Origin: a virus
Taxonomy: Duplodnaviria > Caudoviricetes
Reading direction: 5' to 3' (one strand)
DNA length: 64,000 bases
IMG/VR virus record: IMGVR_UViG_3300046490_000065
Location: 30,629-94,628 of that record
Each line of letters opens with the position of its first letter. The stretch's first letter is position 1. A program made the position numbers and the translations under genes. The notes beneath the pieces are model-generated. The model was not told the origin of the DNA and ran no database searches. It saw only the letters and a program-made list of their open reading frames with translations. Shown here piece by piece: positions 39,968 through 49,727 of this stretch.

Positions 39968-40954
39968 TTAGAATAGGGTTGAGGCGAGTTTCGCGCCGGT
40001 TCGTGGGCTGGGCACCATGATGTTTGATCCCACCAAGAATTGGCCGCTCACGTCGATCGAGTTGTTCACGCCCTTGAAGCCGGTCCAGCCGAATTGAAAA
40101 AGGTCCACTTGGCTGAAATACCACTCGATGTACGCCGTGTTCATCAGGAACATGAGGCCGATCGGGTTGCTGCCGCTGGGCAGGTACCGGTCGATCACCA
40201 CGTCCGCGCTATTGAACTTGAAATTCTGGAAGCCGATGTTGGCCAGATCGTTGTCGGTATTCGAATACCGCATCGACGGCTGCGTCCCCTGCCAGATCAG
40301 GTTCCACCCGTTCTGTGTCACCGGGATGATGTCCGGGTGATCGCTTCCCCAGCACGCGTTGCCGTACGCCGTGTTGAGTTGGGCCAACGTGAACGTCGCC
40401 AACGTCGCCTGATATGCGTTCAACCCACCCACCGTCCCGTTCGGGATCCCGTTGATGTCCGACCGGGTTTGGCCACCAACCACGGGGTAATTCGTCCCGT
40501 CGTCGTACCATTCCTTGAAGCCGTTCAGGTACTTCGCCCGGCCCGTCGAACTCTGGCCGTCGTTGTACATGTTCACCGCCAACAGCTTCGCCATCTTCAA
40601 GCTGGCATTGAGGAATTTCATTTCGCATTGGTTGAAGATAGCCTCGGGGCCATCGTCATTCATGGCGTCAAATCCGAAGAGGGTGATGTTCACCCACGCG
40701 ACTTTCATGTCAACGGTGATCGCGGCGTCGGTCGTAACGAAGCTGATGTCCATGGTGTCACCCTTGGACATAAAGTCTCCATTTAACTCGCCCACGATAA
40801 TGGGACGTCTTACGCGGCTGTTGCCGGTAAAGGGCATCGGGTTCTGCGTTTCCAGCCGAGTGAACACCGGGCTGGAGGCATATATTACATCTGTAGTACG
40901 ATCAACGATATGATCGTAAACGTATGCATCTAATTCAGTTAGGGTAAGCGCCAC
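39968..40954 (-). CDS. Major capsid protein
   Basis: 328 aa after the scaffold gene, GGAGG RBS; D.IY.SSPVF, GFQNFKFN...VVID pattern. Confidence 0.85.
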   Translation of the reverse strand: MALTLTELDAYVYDHIVDRTTDVIYASSPVFTRLETQNPMPFTGNSRVRRPIIVGELNGDFMSKGDTMDISFVTTDAAITVDMKVAWVNITLFGFDAMNDDGPEAIFNQCEMKFLNASLKMAKLLAVNMYNDGQSSTGRAKYLNGFKEWYDDGTNYPVVGGQTRSDINGIPNGTVGGLNAYQATLATFTLAQLNTAYGNACWGSDHPDIIPVTQNGWNLIWQGTQPSMRYSNTDNDLANIGFQNFKFNSADVVIDRYLPSGSNPIGLMFLMNTAYIEWYFSQVDLFQFGWTGFKGVNNSIDVSGQFLVGSNIMVPSPRTGAKLASTLF

Positions 40955-40984
40955 AGGCTACCTCCACCCTTCCCGAGTTAGTTC

Positions 40985-41013
40985 TTGACATAAACACGTT
41001 TTTGTCATATACT
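40985..41013 (+). promoter_or_regulatory. Near-consensus sigma70 promoter with overlapping inverted repeat
   Basis: TTGACA-17-TATACT; TGACA...TGTCA dyad. Confidence 0.75.
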
Positions 41014-41020
41014 AACCTCC

Positions 41021-41164
41021 ATGAAGAGAAAAACGCCTGCGAAACACCCAGGGGGCAGGCCCCCCACCTTTGTCCCTTGCGGCTGGTGCCACCAGGAATT
41101 TAAGACCGGCGAGATCAGGAGCCACTTTACAAAATGTCCGAAACGACCAAAGCCGGTAAACTGA
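41021..41164 (+). CDS. 47-aa C2HC zinc-finger peptide, not in the ORF track
   Basis: MKRKTPAKHPGGRPPTFVPCGWCHQEFKTGEIRSHFTKCPKRPKPVN; leaderless position. Confidence 0.55.
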   Translation: MKRKTPAKHPGGRPPTFVPCGWCHQEFKTGEIRSHFTKCPKRPKPVN

Positions 41165-41745
41165 ACCACCGGGAGACGGTCGCTATGTGCATTTGGTGCG
41201 GCGGAAATATCTTGGCCTACCGGCTTCAGATCCACCTCTCCCGTTGCGGAGCCGCACCACGCCCTCGCATCGGAGAGAAGATTTGCAGCGGTTGCCAGCA
41301 CATATTTCCAACGAACGAATTTGCGCTCGACAAGAACCGACAAGACGGGCACGGCAACTACTGCCGTACCTGTGGCAGGAAATCCGCCAACCTTAGATAC
41401 GGCCGCCCCGTCAATGCTGACAAGCAATTCGACCGAGTGCTCCGGTTCCACTACAATATGACGGCCGCACAGTATTACGAGCGCCTTGCGCAGCAAGGTG
41501 GCGTATGCGCGTTGTGCGGCAAACCGCCACGCACGGACACACGCTCCAAGCGCCTTCACGTTGACCACGACCACCTGCGCGACAAACCCACGGGAGAGAA
41601 GTACATTCGCGGCCTTCTCTGCTCCGAATGCAATCACGGCATCGGCAAATTCGGGGACGACCCCGATCTTATGCTCAAGGCCGCTAACTGGGTCCGCCAC
41701 CATCGCGGGCTCTTGGACTCCACGTACCAAACCGAAAAGGAATAG
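41134..41745 (+). CDS. Endonuclease VII-family homing endonuclease
   Basis: QGGVCALC...LHVDHDH...IRGLLCSECNHGIG.F.D. Confidence 0.9.
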   Translation: MSETTKAGKLNHRETVAMCIWCGGNILAYRLQIHLSRCGAAPRPRIGEKICSGCQHIFPTNEFALDKNRQDGHGNYCRTCGRKSANLRYGRPVNADKQFDRVLRFHYNMTAAQYYERLAQQGGVCALCGKPPRTDTRSKRLHVDHDHLRDKPTGEKYIRGLLCSECNHGIGKFGDDPDLMLKAANWVRHHRGLLDSTYQTEKE

Positions 41746-41748
41746 ACG

Positions 41749-42024
41749 ATGACTGCCCAAACGACGAACACTGACATCACCAAGCGATGGAAAGACCTGT
41801 ACAGATCCCAGGGAGGCAGGTGCGCCCTCTGTAATCGAAAGGCTCGCCGCAAAGACATGTGGGAGGACTGGGACCCCGAGACCGACGAACTCCGGGGACT
41901 CATGCACAATGACTGCCGCCTGCTCATCATGAGCGTTGAGCACAACCCCACCCTTCTCGACGCAGCGAAGGCTTACCTTCTTCGCCACGGCGCCGAGATG
42001 TTGCAGGAATCCCATACGGCCTAA
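41749..42024 (+). CDS. Degenerate EndoVII-like protein
   Basis: QGGRCALC...DWD...LRGLMHNDC; catalytic His and Asn appear altered. Confidence 0.6.
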   Translation: MTAQTTNTDITKRWKDLYRSQGGRCALCNRKARRKDMWEDWDPETDELRGLMHNDCRLLIMSVEHNPTLLDAAKAYLLRHGAEMLQESHTA

Positions 42025-42305
42025 CTGGCTACCGGCTGAATCGAGACGGAGACCGTCTGCACGGCACCCGCCTTGGTGTCCCAGGCGTCGAAAGCCATGT
42101 GGCCATTCGCACTCACCGAAACGGTCTTGGTCTGGTCGAACGTTTCAAGGCATTGCGAGATCGTAGCAGCAACGCGCCGCACTGTCTCACGCTCGCCTTC
42201 ATCCGAGAGGCCAGCAGGCGGCTCCGCAAGGGGAGAGGAGAACTGCCGCGTCAACTCTGCTTGCACTTCGTCTGGAGTCCCTTTTGCGTTTACGCTCCAA
42301 CTCAT
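42021..42305 (-). CDS. Hypothetical protein
   Basis: GGAGGAG RBS. Confidence 0.6.
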   Translation of the reverse strand: MSWSVNAKGTPDEVQAELTRQFSSPLAEPPAGLSDEGERETVRRVAATISQCLETFDQTKTVSVSANGHMAFDAWDTKAGAVQTVSVSIQPVAS

Positions 42306-42314
42306 AAGCTCCTC

Positions 42315-43259
42315 CTACTGGACCGCCCCGGCTTTCTTGTCGAAGTACTCCTGGGTGGCCACACGGGCGATACCCTTGCCCAGCGGGATCTTGCTGGTGT
42401 CCAGATCGCCATCGGCCTTCTTGGGCATCCTGGCTTCGGCCCGGCGCATCAACGCTCCCTGGCGCCGGCCGCCGCCGCTGTCGCCGCCGTCCACGGGGCT
42501 CCGGTTCTTGCCGACTTCCTGGAGAGCCTTCTTGGTCCCTTCGGCCACGCCACGATCGTACTCGGCCTTCTTCTCGGCGGCCGTCTGGGCGCTGGACTTC
42601 TCGGTAAACTTGGTGGCGAAGAGGTCGTTGTACGCTTCGATAGGATCGATGTCCTGCCGAACGCCGGACTTCCTGAACCGGTCTTCAGCCATGACCTTCA
42701 TGTGCTCGATGACCTTATCCATCGGGAGCACTTCGCCGAAATCCTTCTCGTGTTGGCTGACCTTCGGGGTCAAAGCGGAGAACACCTTCTCGAATCGGCT
42801 GGTCAGGCCGTTGACCTTGGAGTCCAATGTTGGACCGACCTTCTCGTTCACGAGCTTCGTCATCTGGGCATCGAGGTCGGAGTTGCGAACCAACCCGGCC
42901 GCGTCCAGGGTTTCCTTCACGATCTGCTTGATTTCGTCGGGTGTCACTTCGGCGCTCCTTCCATTTTGCAGATCGGCTACAGTGGCCGCTGCCTCGGCGA
43001 GTGCTGTTTGCAACCGCTCGTGTTCTGTTTGCCATGCCGGCCAATCGTTGGCCCGGAATTTCCGCCAGTCTTCCAGTTCCTTGACCGGCGCTTCGAAGTC
43101 GTTCTCGTAGGTGGGGTGTAGGGACTTCAATCGCTCCCGCACCGGCTTGACCTTTTCCCCAAGCTCGAAGTATTCCTTGAGCGTCGGGAACTTGGCCGCC
43201 ATCTCGTTCAGCTTCACCTTGTCGTCGTCGGCTGCTAACTGCAAAAGGTTGTCAAACAT
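42315..43259 (-). CDS. Capsid scaffolding protein
   Basis: Charged helical protein upstream of the capsid gene. Confidence 0.7.
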   Translation of the reverse strand: MFDNLLQLAADDDKVKLNEMAAKFPTLKEYFELGEKVKPVRERLKSLHPTYENDFEAPVKELEDWRKFRANDWPAWQTEHERLQTALAEAAATVADLQNGRSAEVTPDEIKQIVKETLDAAGLVRNSDLDAQMTKLVNEKVGPTLDSKVNGLTSRFEKVFSALTPKVSQHEKDFGEVLPMDKVIEHMKVMAEDRFRKSGVRQDIDPIEAYNDLFATKFTEKSSAQTAAEKKAEYDRGVAEGTKKALQEVGKNRSPVDGGDSGGGRRQGALMRRAEARMPKKADGDLDTSKIPLGKGIARVATQEYFDKKAGAVQ

Positions 43260-43268
43260 AACGCTCTC

Positions 43269-43652
43269 CTAACTCGCGGCGTTTGGATTCGGCGGCCCTG
43301 CCGCCGGGTTGGGTGGGCCTTGCGGGGGGACGACGGGAGAACCTTGCGCCATCCCGCTCCGCTTGGCCTTCTCCTGAACAGCTTTCACGATCTCCATGGC
43401 TGGCTTGCCGATCTGTTCCAAGAGCGGCATCAGGGAGGGGTCGAACGACTGGAGGAGGTTTTTGGTTTCCCCCACCCAGGCATCGAGCTTCTGCATCTGC
43501 TGGCCGATCTGCTGAACGACCTGCATCCCCTGCTGTGGTTGGCCGACGCCCTGCGCGTTGAACACCGACTGCGCTTGCTCCGGCTGTGCCTGAGCCTGAA
43601 CGTCCGGTGGCAGCGGCGGTTGACCTGGATTCGCTTGGGCGCCTGCGGCCAT
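43269..43652 (-). CDS. Gln/Pro-rich head-region protein
   Basis: Position between portal and scaffold genes. Confidence 0.6.
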   Translation of the reverse strand: MAAGAQANPGQPPLPPDVQAQAQPEQAQSVFNAQGVGQPQQGMQVVQQIGQQMQKLDAWVGETKNLLQSFDPSLMPLLEQIGKPAMEIVKAVQEKAKRSGMAQGSPVVPPQGPPNPAAGPPNPNAAS

Positions 43653-43655
43653 GGA

Positions 43656-43949
43656 TTACTTCTTCTTCCCCTTGAAGCTCATCTGCGGCTTGGTCGGGTT
43701 CATGCCTTCCTTCTCGTACGGACTGTTGGAGGTCCGGCTGAGTGGCGCCCGCGTGCTCTCGCACTGGACTGTGCCCATCCCTGGCCGGGCGCCGAAAGCG
43801 GCCACCGGGTTCTCTGTCCGGCTGAGCTTGACCTGGGAGGAAGTGACCTGAGCATTTGGTTTGGGACCGCCGCGATCCGGCATATCTGCCGGGCCTTTCT
43901 TGAGCGGCTTGTCCGTGGAAGTGGTCTGTACAAATTTTGGAATGGCCAT
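43656..43949 (-). CDS. Basic disordered head-region protein
   Basis: MAIPKFVQ...KGKKK. Confidence 0.55.
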   Translation of the reverse strand: MAIPKFVQTTSTDKPLKKGPADMPDRGGPKPNAQVTSSQVKLSRTENPVAAFGARPGMGTVQCESTRAPLSRTSNSPYEKEGMNPTKPQMSFKGKKK

Positions 43950-44105
43950 GGTTTCACCGACGATAGGTGCGCTTACTACCGCGCGTTCTCTTCCGCTTTC
44001 CCTTTCTCCCTGGCATACTGATTTCTCATACATTGGACCTGTTGGGCGGCTTATTTTGCGCACTTAGACACGCTACCGAGCCGCCCTAGCGGCGAGCGTG
44101 TTGAG

Positions 44106-44144
44106 TTACTTGCGCTTTGCGTGCCGGGCCTTTTTGCGTGCCAT
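44106..44144 (-). CDS. 12-aa basic micropeptide MARKKARHAKRK
   Basis: AAGGAGG 8 nt before ATG; hairpin right after the stop. Confidence 0.5.
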   Translation of the reverse strand: MARKKARHAKRK

Positions 44145-44275
44145 GATGAGAGCCTCCTTGTTTTCAGATCCTCGGGTAAACACCAGAGGTCAATTGCATA
44201 TTGGCACATCTGAAACCGCGTAGGCCAACATCGAAAATGCCACAACTCTTCCATGAAAAATGCTAAGATATGCGC

Positions 44276-44500
44276 ATGAGCAAGATAACGGAAGGGTTAC
44301 CGCCGTTCGTAGACCCGGAGATTGAATACGTCGGTGTCGGAAAACTACGGCAGACCATGACCAGGGACGGGTTGGAGAGCTTGGAACGCCCACTGCTGGT
44401 GTTGGGAGCCCGTCGAACCAAGCCGATCGCCGTGATCATCAGCTACGCTCAGTTCCTCGAAATGCAGGAGGCCGTGCTATGGCGGTTCAGGGACCAGTAG
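44276..44500 (+). CDS. Phd/YefM-like small protein
   Basis: P.LV...PIAVIISYAQF.EMQE pattern. Confidence 0.4.
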   Translation: MSKITEGLPPFVDPEIEYVGVGKLRQTMTRDGLESLERPLLVLGARRTKPIAVIISYAQFLEMQEAVLWRFRDQ

Positions 44501-44626
44501 GCAAAGATCGGATATACACCCCGAGCGAGTTCATGGACCTACTGGAGAAGGCGCAAGCACTGGGGTTCTCCCTGGAGAGGGGGACTATTTTGGAGAAGCT
44601 CACCGTGGGCGAACTGGACGTGCTAG

Positions 44627-45082
44627 TCAACCAGCGGCAGTAGCGTCCAACGTTGGACCGGCCTTATCGTAAAGAACGAGCGGAAATTTCTGCCGCTCAA
44701 CGACATGGGGGAACCGAGCGCATGCGTAAGCGAACGCCTCCTGAGATTCCGGATATCCAAACCCGCGCACGTAGAATCCTGAGTTGCAGGCTCCGCGCGT
44801 ATCCGCTGAGCGGTCCCACCAGCAGAAGGCATACCAGAACGCTTTCTCCCCACCGCAGGTAAAATAGACTCGGCCATCCGGAAGATCTCGGACCTTTCGG
44901 TTGCGGAGTAACGTGGCGTCCATGAGACCGTCATCCCAAGGGAGATCCGGCGGGCGGTCATCGTACAAGTGATGTCCGCTGACGTCATGGAGGAAGTGCC
45001 CAGCATAGCGCCAGCAACCAAAGTACAGGGCCAGCAACCCCAATCGCTTTCCCGCTTCAATCGATTCTTGCAAGGTGACCAT
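44627..45082 (-). CDS. Phage hypothetical protein
   Basis: YFGCW..AGHFL...WWDRSADTRGACNSGF motif. Confidence 0.65.
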   Translation of the reverse strand: MVTLQESIEAGKRLGLLALYFGCWRYAGHFLHDVSGHHLYDDRPPDLPWDDGLMDATLLRNRKVRDLPDGRVYFTCGGEKAFWYAFCWWDRSADTRGACNSGFYVRGFGYPESQEAFAYACARFPHVVERQKFPLVLYDKAGPTLDATAAG

Positions 45083-45234
45083 TTTAGTTCAAACAGTAGT
45101 GAATGTACATCGTGTATCCGATGGGCAGGATATCCACCGGGATCACCACGTACGCGGTCATGTGGACCGACGCGTGAATGATCTCGGCGTAAAAACCAAG
45201 GAGTACCATGCGCTCAGCATAGCATCTTTTCTTC

Positions 45235-45263
45235 TTGAAACAGCAACCGCTTTATGTTATATT
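45235..45263 (+). promoter_or_regulatory. sigma70 promoter with operator-like dyad
   Basis: TTGAAA-17-TATATT; GCAACCG (45243) / CGGTTGC (45264). Confidence 0.6.
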
Positions 45264-45270
45264 CGGTTGC

Positions 45271-45822
45271 ATGAGCACACCGGAACACAACGCAGATCAA
45301 CTGTACCACGTTTGGATAAACCGCCGTCAAGATGAGCGTCGGAAGGCTGGCGCAGAGTGGGAGGGAAGTCTCTACGAATTCAAGTCCATGCTTAACTTCC
45401 TTTCCTACGGCCATGACCAGATAAGGAAAGCAGTGGAGGGCCGGTTGCCCGCTACTCACCGGCAATGCTCACGCTGCGAGCCGGAGCCGGTCGAGAATAA
45501 CCGACTGATGTGCTGCCTCGGGAAGGACGTTCTTACCTGCCCAATTCTGTGTTCGCTCAAGGCGACCATTGAAGAGGAGCGCTATCGGGTTGCCCCCTAC
45601 GACGGTGAGAAGCATTACGCCAACGTGGATGATGAGCAACTGTACCGCCTGATGGCCCGTACCTGTGCGTGGCATATCTACCATGAGGAGACTGGTATCC
45701 AGGACGGCCACCACTTCCAGGTAGACACCAGCGAAGGGTACCTGCTGGACAAGACCGACCGGATCTTTTGGGATCGAGTCTACACTTCGCTTGCTGGATC
45801 CGATCCGGATGGTGCCGAGTGA
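45271..45822 (+). CDS. Hypothetical protein (leaderless)
   Basis: ATG 7 nt after the -10 box. Confidence 0.6.
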   Translation: MSTPEHNADQLYHVWINRRQDERRKAGAEWEGSLYEFKSMLNFLSYGHDQIRKAVEGRLPATHRQCSRCEPEPVENNRLMCCLGKDVLTCPILCSLKATIEEERYRVAPYDGEKHYANVDDEQLYRLMARTCAWHIYHEETGIQDGHHFQVDTSEGYLLDKTDRIFWDRVYTSLAGSDPDGAE

Positions 45823-45959
45823 AGCCGAAGAACAAAGCGGCCGTCGCCCTCGGCCGGTGCGGCGGCAAGAAGACCGCCGAACGCGGCTCTGAATACTACA
45901 AGCAGATCTCCGCCATGCGGAAGAACAAGAAGGGCGGGAGGCCGAAGAAGAATGGCTAA
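45819..45959 (+). CDS. KGG-motif small basic protein
   Basis: KNKAAVALGRCGGKKTAERGSEYYKQIS...GGRPKK. Confidence 0.6.
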   Translation: MKPKNKAAVALGRCGGKKTAERGSEYYKQISAMRKNKKGGRPKKNG

Positions 45960-46584
45960 CCACACCTACAAACAGATCTCAGCGCCCGGCCACCCGTTGA
46001 TCTCCCCTACCGCTAGACAGGTCATCCATCTACACCGTGCCGTGCTGTACGACAAGATCGGTCCTGGACCTCATCCGTGCCACTGGTGCGGGGAGAGCGT
46101 TAACTGGGCGATCACTACGCTAGACACCCCAGATAGATTCAAGGGTGTCCTGGTCGTTGATCACCTGGACAACACCGACTCCAATAATGACCCGTCCAAC
46201 CTTGCCCCTTCATGTCACTCGTGCAACATCCACCGCACTGGGAATGATCGATTCTCCGCAATCACCTACTTGGTGGCGTATGGATGCCGACACGCGGCTG
46301 TAGAATTAGTATGCACGATATGCGCTACCCCGTTCCTGGCAACCCATAGCCAGATTTCCAGGCACGATAACGGAGGGAAATACTGCTCACTCACCTGTCG
46401 TGACATCGGTAGATTCAGGGCGTCACGAGAACATCGGTCTTGCCTGCAATGCGGCGGCGCATTCACGTCCATAAAGAAGTTATCAAAACACAAGGAGAGC
46501 CATAAGGTCGGGGTATTCTGCTGCCGATCATGCTTCCACACGCACCGCAGGGAACACCCCGAATACCACAAGAGGACTCCCTAG
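45952..46584 (+). CDS. HNH endonuclease with zinc-finger repeats
   Basis: HR.V...CHWCG...VVDHLD...NNDPSNLAPSCHSCN. Confidence 0.85.
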   Translation: MANHTYKQISAPGHPLISPTARQVIHLHRAVLYDKIGPGPHPCHWCGESVNWAITTLDTPDRFKGVLVVDHLDNTDSNNDPSNLAPSCHSCNIHRTGNDRFSAITYLVAYGCRHAAVELVCTICATPFLATHSQISRHDNGGKYCSLTCRDIGRFRASREHRSCLQCGGAFTSIKKLSKHKESHKVGVFCCRSCFHTHRREHPEYHKRTP

Positions 46585-48443
46585 AGCGGCGCCCCTTGTC
46601 TTTGCGCCCGATTCTGCCTGGGTTGCTTGCCGCCACCACCAATCCCCATCTCATGTTCTTTCTTGAGGCGCTCCATTTCGGTCTTAGCGTTAGCCGGAGC
46701 ATTGATCAGTTCGTACAAACCTTCCATGCTGAGGACGCCTGCCTTATACATAGTAAACGCCTCTACTTTGGCCTGGGTCCGCGAGCTTCCGTGGCTCGAT
46801 CCGGGGGCGATCTTAAATGCGAACGAGCGCCAATGCGACTCTGGGTCTGATGAATCGGGGACCATAGTGGAGGCCCGATAATCGAAGTCCTCCCAGGTCA
46901 CCCCATCGGCTCCCAGGATTCTCAACCGGCTATCCATGTCGGCGTACTGGAAGACGTTGGAAACCGTCTGCGCACCACACTGCTCCAGGCCAGCTTCGAG
47001 GTACCGGCCTTCCAGGCGGAACGGGGAACTCATGGTATCCCGCATCTGCTCGATGGCATCACCGCCGGGTGCCTGCTTCTTACGGGCCAACCCCTGGATG
47101 TCCAGGGAACCCGACCGGCGCTTCACGTCGTCCACGAGGTACTTCAGCCACTCCGCCACCTGAGAGGGCAGGGACGGCGCTGTCATTTCCTTGAACTCGT
47201 TGATGTTGGCCACCGGGTTAAGTAGGACCTTCTGTCCAGGCTTGCCCGGCTGGAAGGCTTCCCAGACTGCTTCGGGGATGGCGCCACGCTTGGCCACCCA
47301 GGTTCCGTTGAGAGCCCGCATGACGCTCTCGTCGATCCCGGCGCCCACGGCGTTGATCGACCGACAGAGTGGGATCAGATCGTGGTATTTCGAGATCCCT
47401 CCGGGGCTCCACACGCACGGATTCAACTGGAGCATGGCGAACGGATAGAGGCCATGCCAGAACGGCGAAGGCCCATCGTACATCACGCGATCCCCAGCGA
47501 AGACCACCAGCCGCTTGCGCGGGTAGAGCCTCGCGCCCGGCGGAACGATGTAGTGGTAGTTGTGTTCTTCCCGGCCAAGGTCCGGGTGGTGGATCCATAC
47601 CGGGTGGTCAAACTCGTTGATGGACCAATCGTCGTAGTAGATCTCCATCAGCGGGATCACTGGGAACGGAGAGTAGTTGTTCCCCTGCTGCTGGAGCGAG
47701 GCGTTGCGGAGGGACACTCGGCGCTGAAGGCGCGGGCTCAAAGCGTCCCAGGTATACTCCGGAACTCCCGCCGGGCGCTGGTACCGCTCGGTCCCCAACT
47801 GCTGGGCGATCTTGACGGACTGGCGCTCCAGGCCGATGCACTTCTCCGGGCCGAAGGAATTCTGGAAATACCCCAGGCTCTTGTACGCCTTGTAGACCAC
47901 GGCGCCGGATGACTGGAGATCCCCATTGCACTGCACCGGGATTACCTGATCCGGCCCATGAGCGCTGAACATGAACTGGTTCGGCCGTGCCACCATCTTC
48001 ATGAACCCGGTACCGAAGAGTGCGTGGTCCAACCACGTCACGATCTTCAAGTCCAGGTTCTCGGAACTCCACAGGTGACGGATGTACGAGTGCTGGACCT
48101 TGGCCTGCTCCTTGTACGCTTCCACCGAAGAGGTGATGTCAATCGACGGCCGGATGTCGGAGAGGGACGCCAGCGCCTCGCGACGTTGGTCGCTGAGGTA
48201 GTTGTCCACAAAAGCGCTGCGATACGCTGGCCTGTTAGCTCCCCACCAATCCCCTTCAAGATAGGAGATCACCCGATCGATTTCCTGAACGGATCTCCAT
48301 GCTTGCATTTCGGACGAACCCTGGCGGACGAGATCTTCCTTCCAACGCTGCATGCGGGTGTCATATCCCGAGGAGTGGTCCCACGTCCCTGACTTCTCAC
48401 GCTGTACTGCTGCGCGGGGAGGGAATTGTGCTAACGAAGCCAT
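46581..48443 (-). CDS. Portal protein (P22-like)
   Basis: 620 aa; DHALFGTGFMK, PFWHGLYPF, DLIPL...IN; downstream of terminase. Confidence 0.85.
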   Translation of the reverse strand: MASLAQFPPRAAVQREKSGTWDHSSGYDTRMQRWKEDLVRQGSSEMQAWRSVQEIDRVISYLEGDWWGANRPAYRSAFVDNYLSDQRREALASLSDIRPSIDITSSVEAYKEQAKVQHSYIRHLWSSENLDLKIVTWLDHALFGTGFMKMVARPNQFMFSAHGPDQVIPVQCNGDLQSSGAVVYKAYKSLGYFQNSFGPEKCIGLERQSVKIAQQLGTERYQRPAGVPEYTWDALSPRLQRRVSLRNASLQQQGNNYSPFPVIPLMEIYYDDWSINEFDHPVWIHHPDLGREEHNYHYIVPPGARLYPRKRLVVFAGDRVMYDGPSPFWHGLYPFAMLQLNPCVWSPGGISKYHDLIPLCRSINAVGAGIDESVMRALNGTWVAKRGAIPEAVWEAFQPGKPGQKVLLNPVANINEFKEMTAPSLPSQVAEWLKYLVDDVKRRSGSLDIQGLARKKQAPGGDAIEQMRDTMSSPFRLEGRYLEAGLEQCGAQTVSNVFQYADMDSRLRILGADGVTWEDFDYRASTMVPDSSDPESHWRSFAFKIAPGSSHGSSRTQAKVEAFTMYKAGVLSMEGLYELINAPANAKTEMERLKKEHEMGIGGGGKQPRQNRAQRQGAPL

Positions 48444-48447
48444 ACAG

Positions 48448-49314
48448 TCACGCTCTCCTGCGGTCCAAGTTTTGCTTTCTTACTTGATGGACATAGATGA
48501 TCGTGCATCGCTGTGAACAGGTCTGAGCCGTTTTGTTTTTGTAGATCAACTTCTCCGTCCCGCAGATCCGACATTTGAACTTCCTAGCCCTCACCTTGTT
48601 GCCACAGTACAATACCTGCAACTCATCGTCTTTAATCTTCCCATATTTAGAACGCTGCACGTTGCAGGCGGAGCACGACGGGACAAGGTTGGATGCAACG
48701 TCGTTCCCTCGGTTGGTGTCTATATGGTCAGCGACGATAGCGTTTGGACCCGGCTCTCCAACTGCCCATCGAATGTCAGCGCCACACCAATGGCAACCGC
48801 AAGGGAATGGCCCCACCTTCTCGTAAAGTATGGCGCGGCTTAAAAGTACGCTCCCATCTTTTCTGGCTAGTGGGTGGTTTGGCAGGTATACTTTTCGATA
48901 CGTGTTTTCTTTCAGGCGAGTGCTCAGCGGCTTACCGGTGAACGCTAGGTGCCCATCCCTGTATTCGTATGATTTGTTCCCCGCCGGTCGGCCGGGCGGT
49001 AACCTGTCATAGTGGCGGGTCCGGCATCTTTCTGCGCGGACGGTCTTCCTGTTTAGCAAGTCGAACCCATAGTCTCTCAGGCGATCAATCCATGCCCGTT
49101 CCTCATCTCTTGACGCGGCGTCTGGGTTCAGTATTCGGATAGCGGGGCGGCTTCCCCTTTGGACCAACTCTCTTATCCACGCAGTGCTAGGGATCTCCCT
49201 GTGAACATCCAGCGAGTGGCGGTTTAGCCTCTCGCGGGCGGTTGCTGTCGTTGACCCAACATAACGAGGAATCAGCGTCTCTGGTTCCAGTAATACGTAC
49301 ACGCACAAAGGCAC
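48448..49314 (-). CDS. GIY-YIG-like + HNH double-domain endonuclease
   Basis: VYVL...RYVGST...RL..H...E..WI...LLN, then ADHID...NLVPSCSACN. Confidence 0.7.
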   Translation of the reverse strand: MPLCVYVLLEPETLIPRYVGSTTATARERLNRHSLDVHREIPSTAWIRELVQRGSRPAIRILNPDAASRDEERAWIDRLRDYGFDLLNRKTVRAERCRTRHYDRLPPGRPAGNKSYEYRDGHLAFTGKPLSTRLKENTYRKVYLPNHPLARKDGSVLLSRAILYEKVGPFPCGCHWCGADIRWAVGEPGPNAIVADHIDTNRGNDVASNLVPSCSACNVQRSKYGKIKDDELQVLYCGNKVRARKFKCRICGTEKLIYKNKTAQTCSQRCTIIYVHQVRKQNLDRRRA

Positions 49315-49316
49315 GC

Positions 49317-49727
49317 CTACACCTCCGTACCGGGCATGCCACAGGTGTTGAGCGTGGTCTTTCCATCTGGAGCGACTTCGTAGTTATTTGGCATTTCACT
49401 GGGCATGACGAGGTTGTTACGCTTCACATAGTCCCGCTGGTCCTGCCAAGTTTCAATGTACGTGGCCTTGGCATCTTTCCCATGCTTTGGCCCGTTCTCG
49501 AAAACCCAGTGGCCACCGTCACGCTTGTTGCCGCCCTCTTTGGACCGGTCCAAGTACTTGGCGGAAATCGGCCCAACCCACAGCGGCTTGAGTGCGTAGA
49601 CCACAATCTCCAGTCGGCTACCGCACTCGCAGTGGAGCACTTCGTCGGCGGTCATGGAGGCCACCGGCTGGTAGGCCGGGCACGCCTCGTTCTTGCAGAC
49701 CAGTTCGCGGCTAGGCAATGGGGTCAC
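49317..49727 (-). CDS. FmdB-like zinc-ribbon protein
   Basis: CKNEAC...CECG; typical position before the portal gene. Confidence 0.6.
   Translation of the reverse strand: MTPLPSRELVCKNEACPAYQPVASMTADEVLHCECGSRLEIVVYALKPLWVGPISAKYLDRSKEGGNKRDGGHWVFENGPKHGKDAKATYIETWQDQRDYVKRNNLVMPSEMPNNYEVAPDGKTTLNTCGMPGTEV

Noticed and set aside
42073-43121. Long + strand ORFs here and at 13426-14175, 18975-20054, 40040-40786 and 61300-62331
   Set aside because: Antisense shadows of well-supported - strand genes in GC-rich DNA
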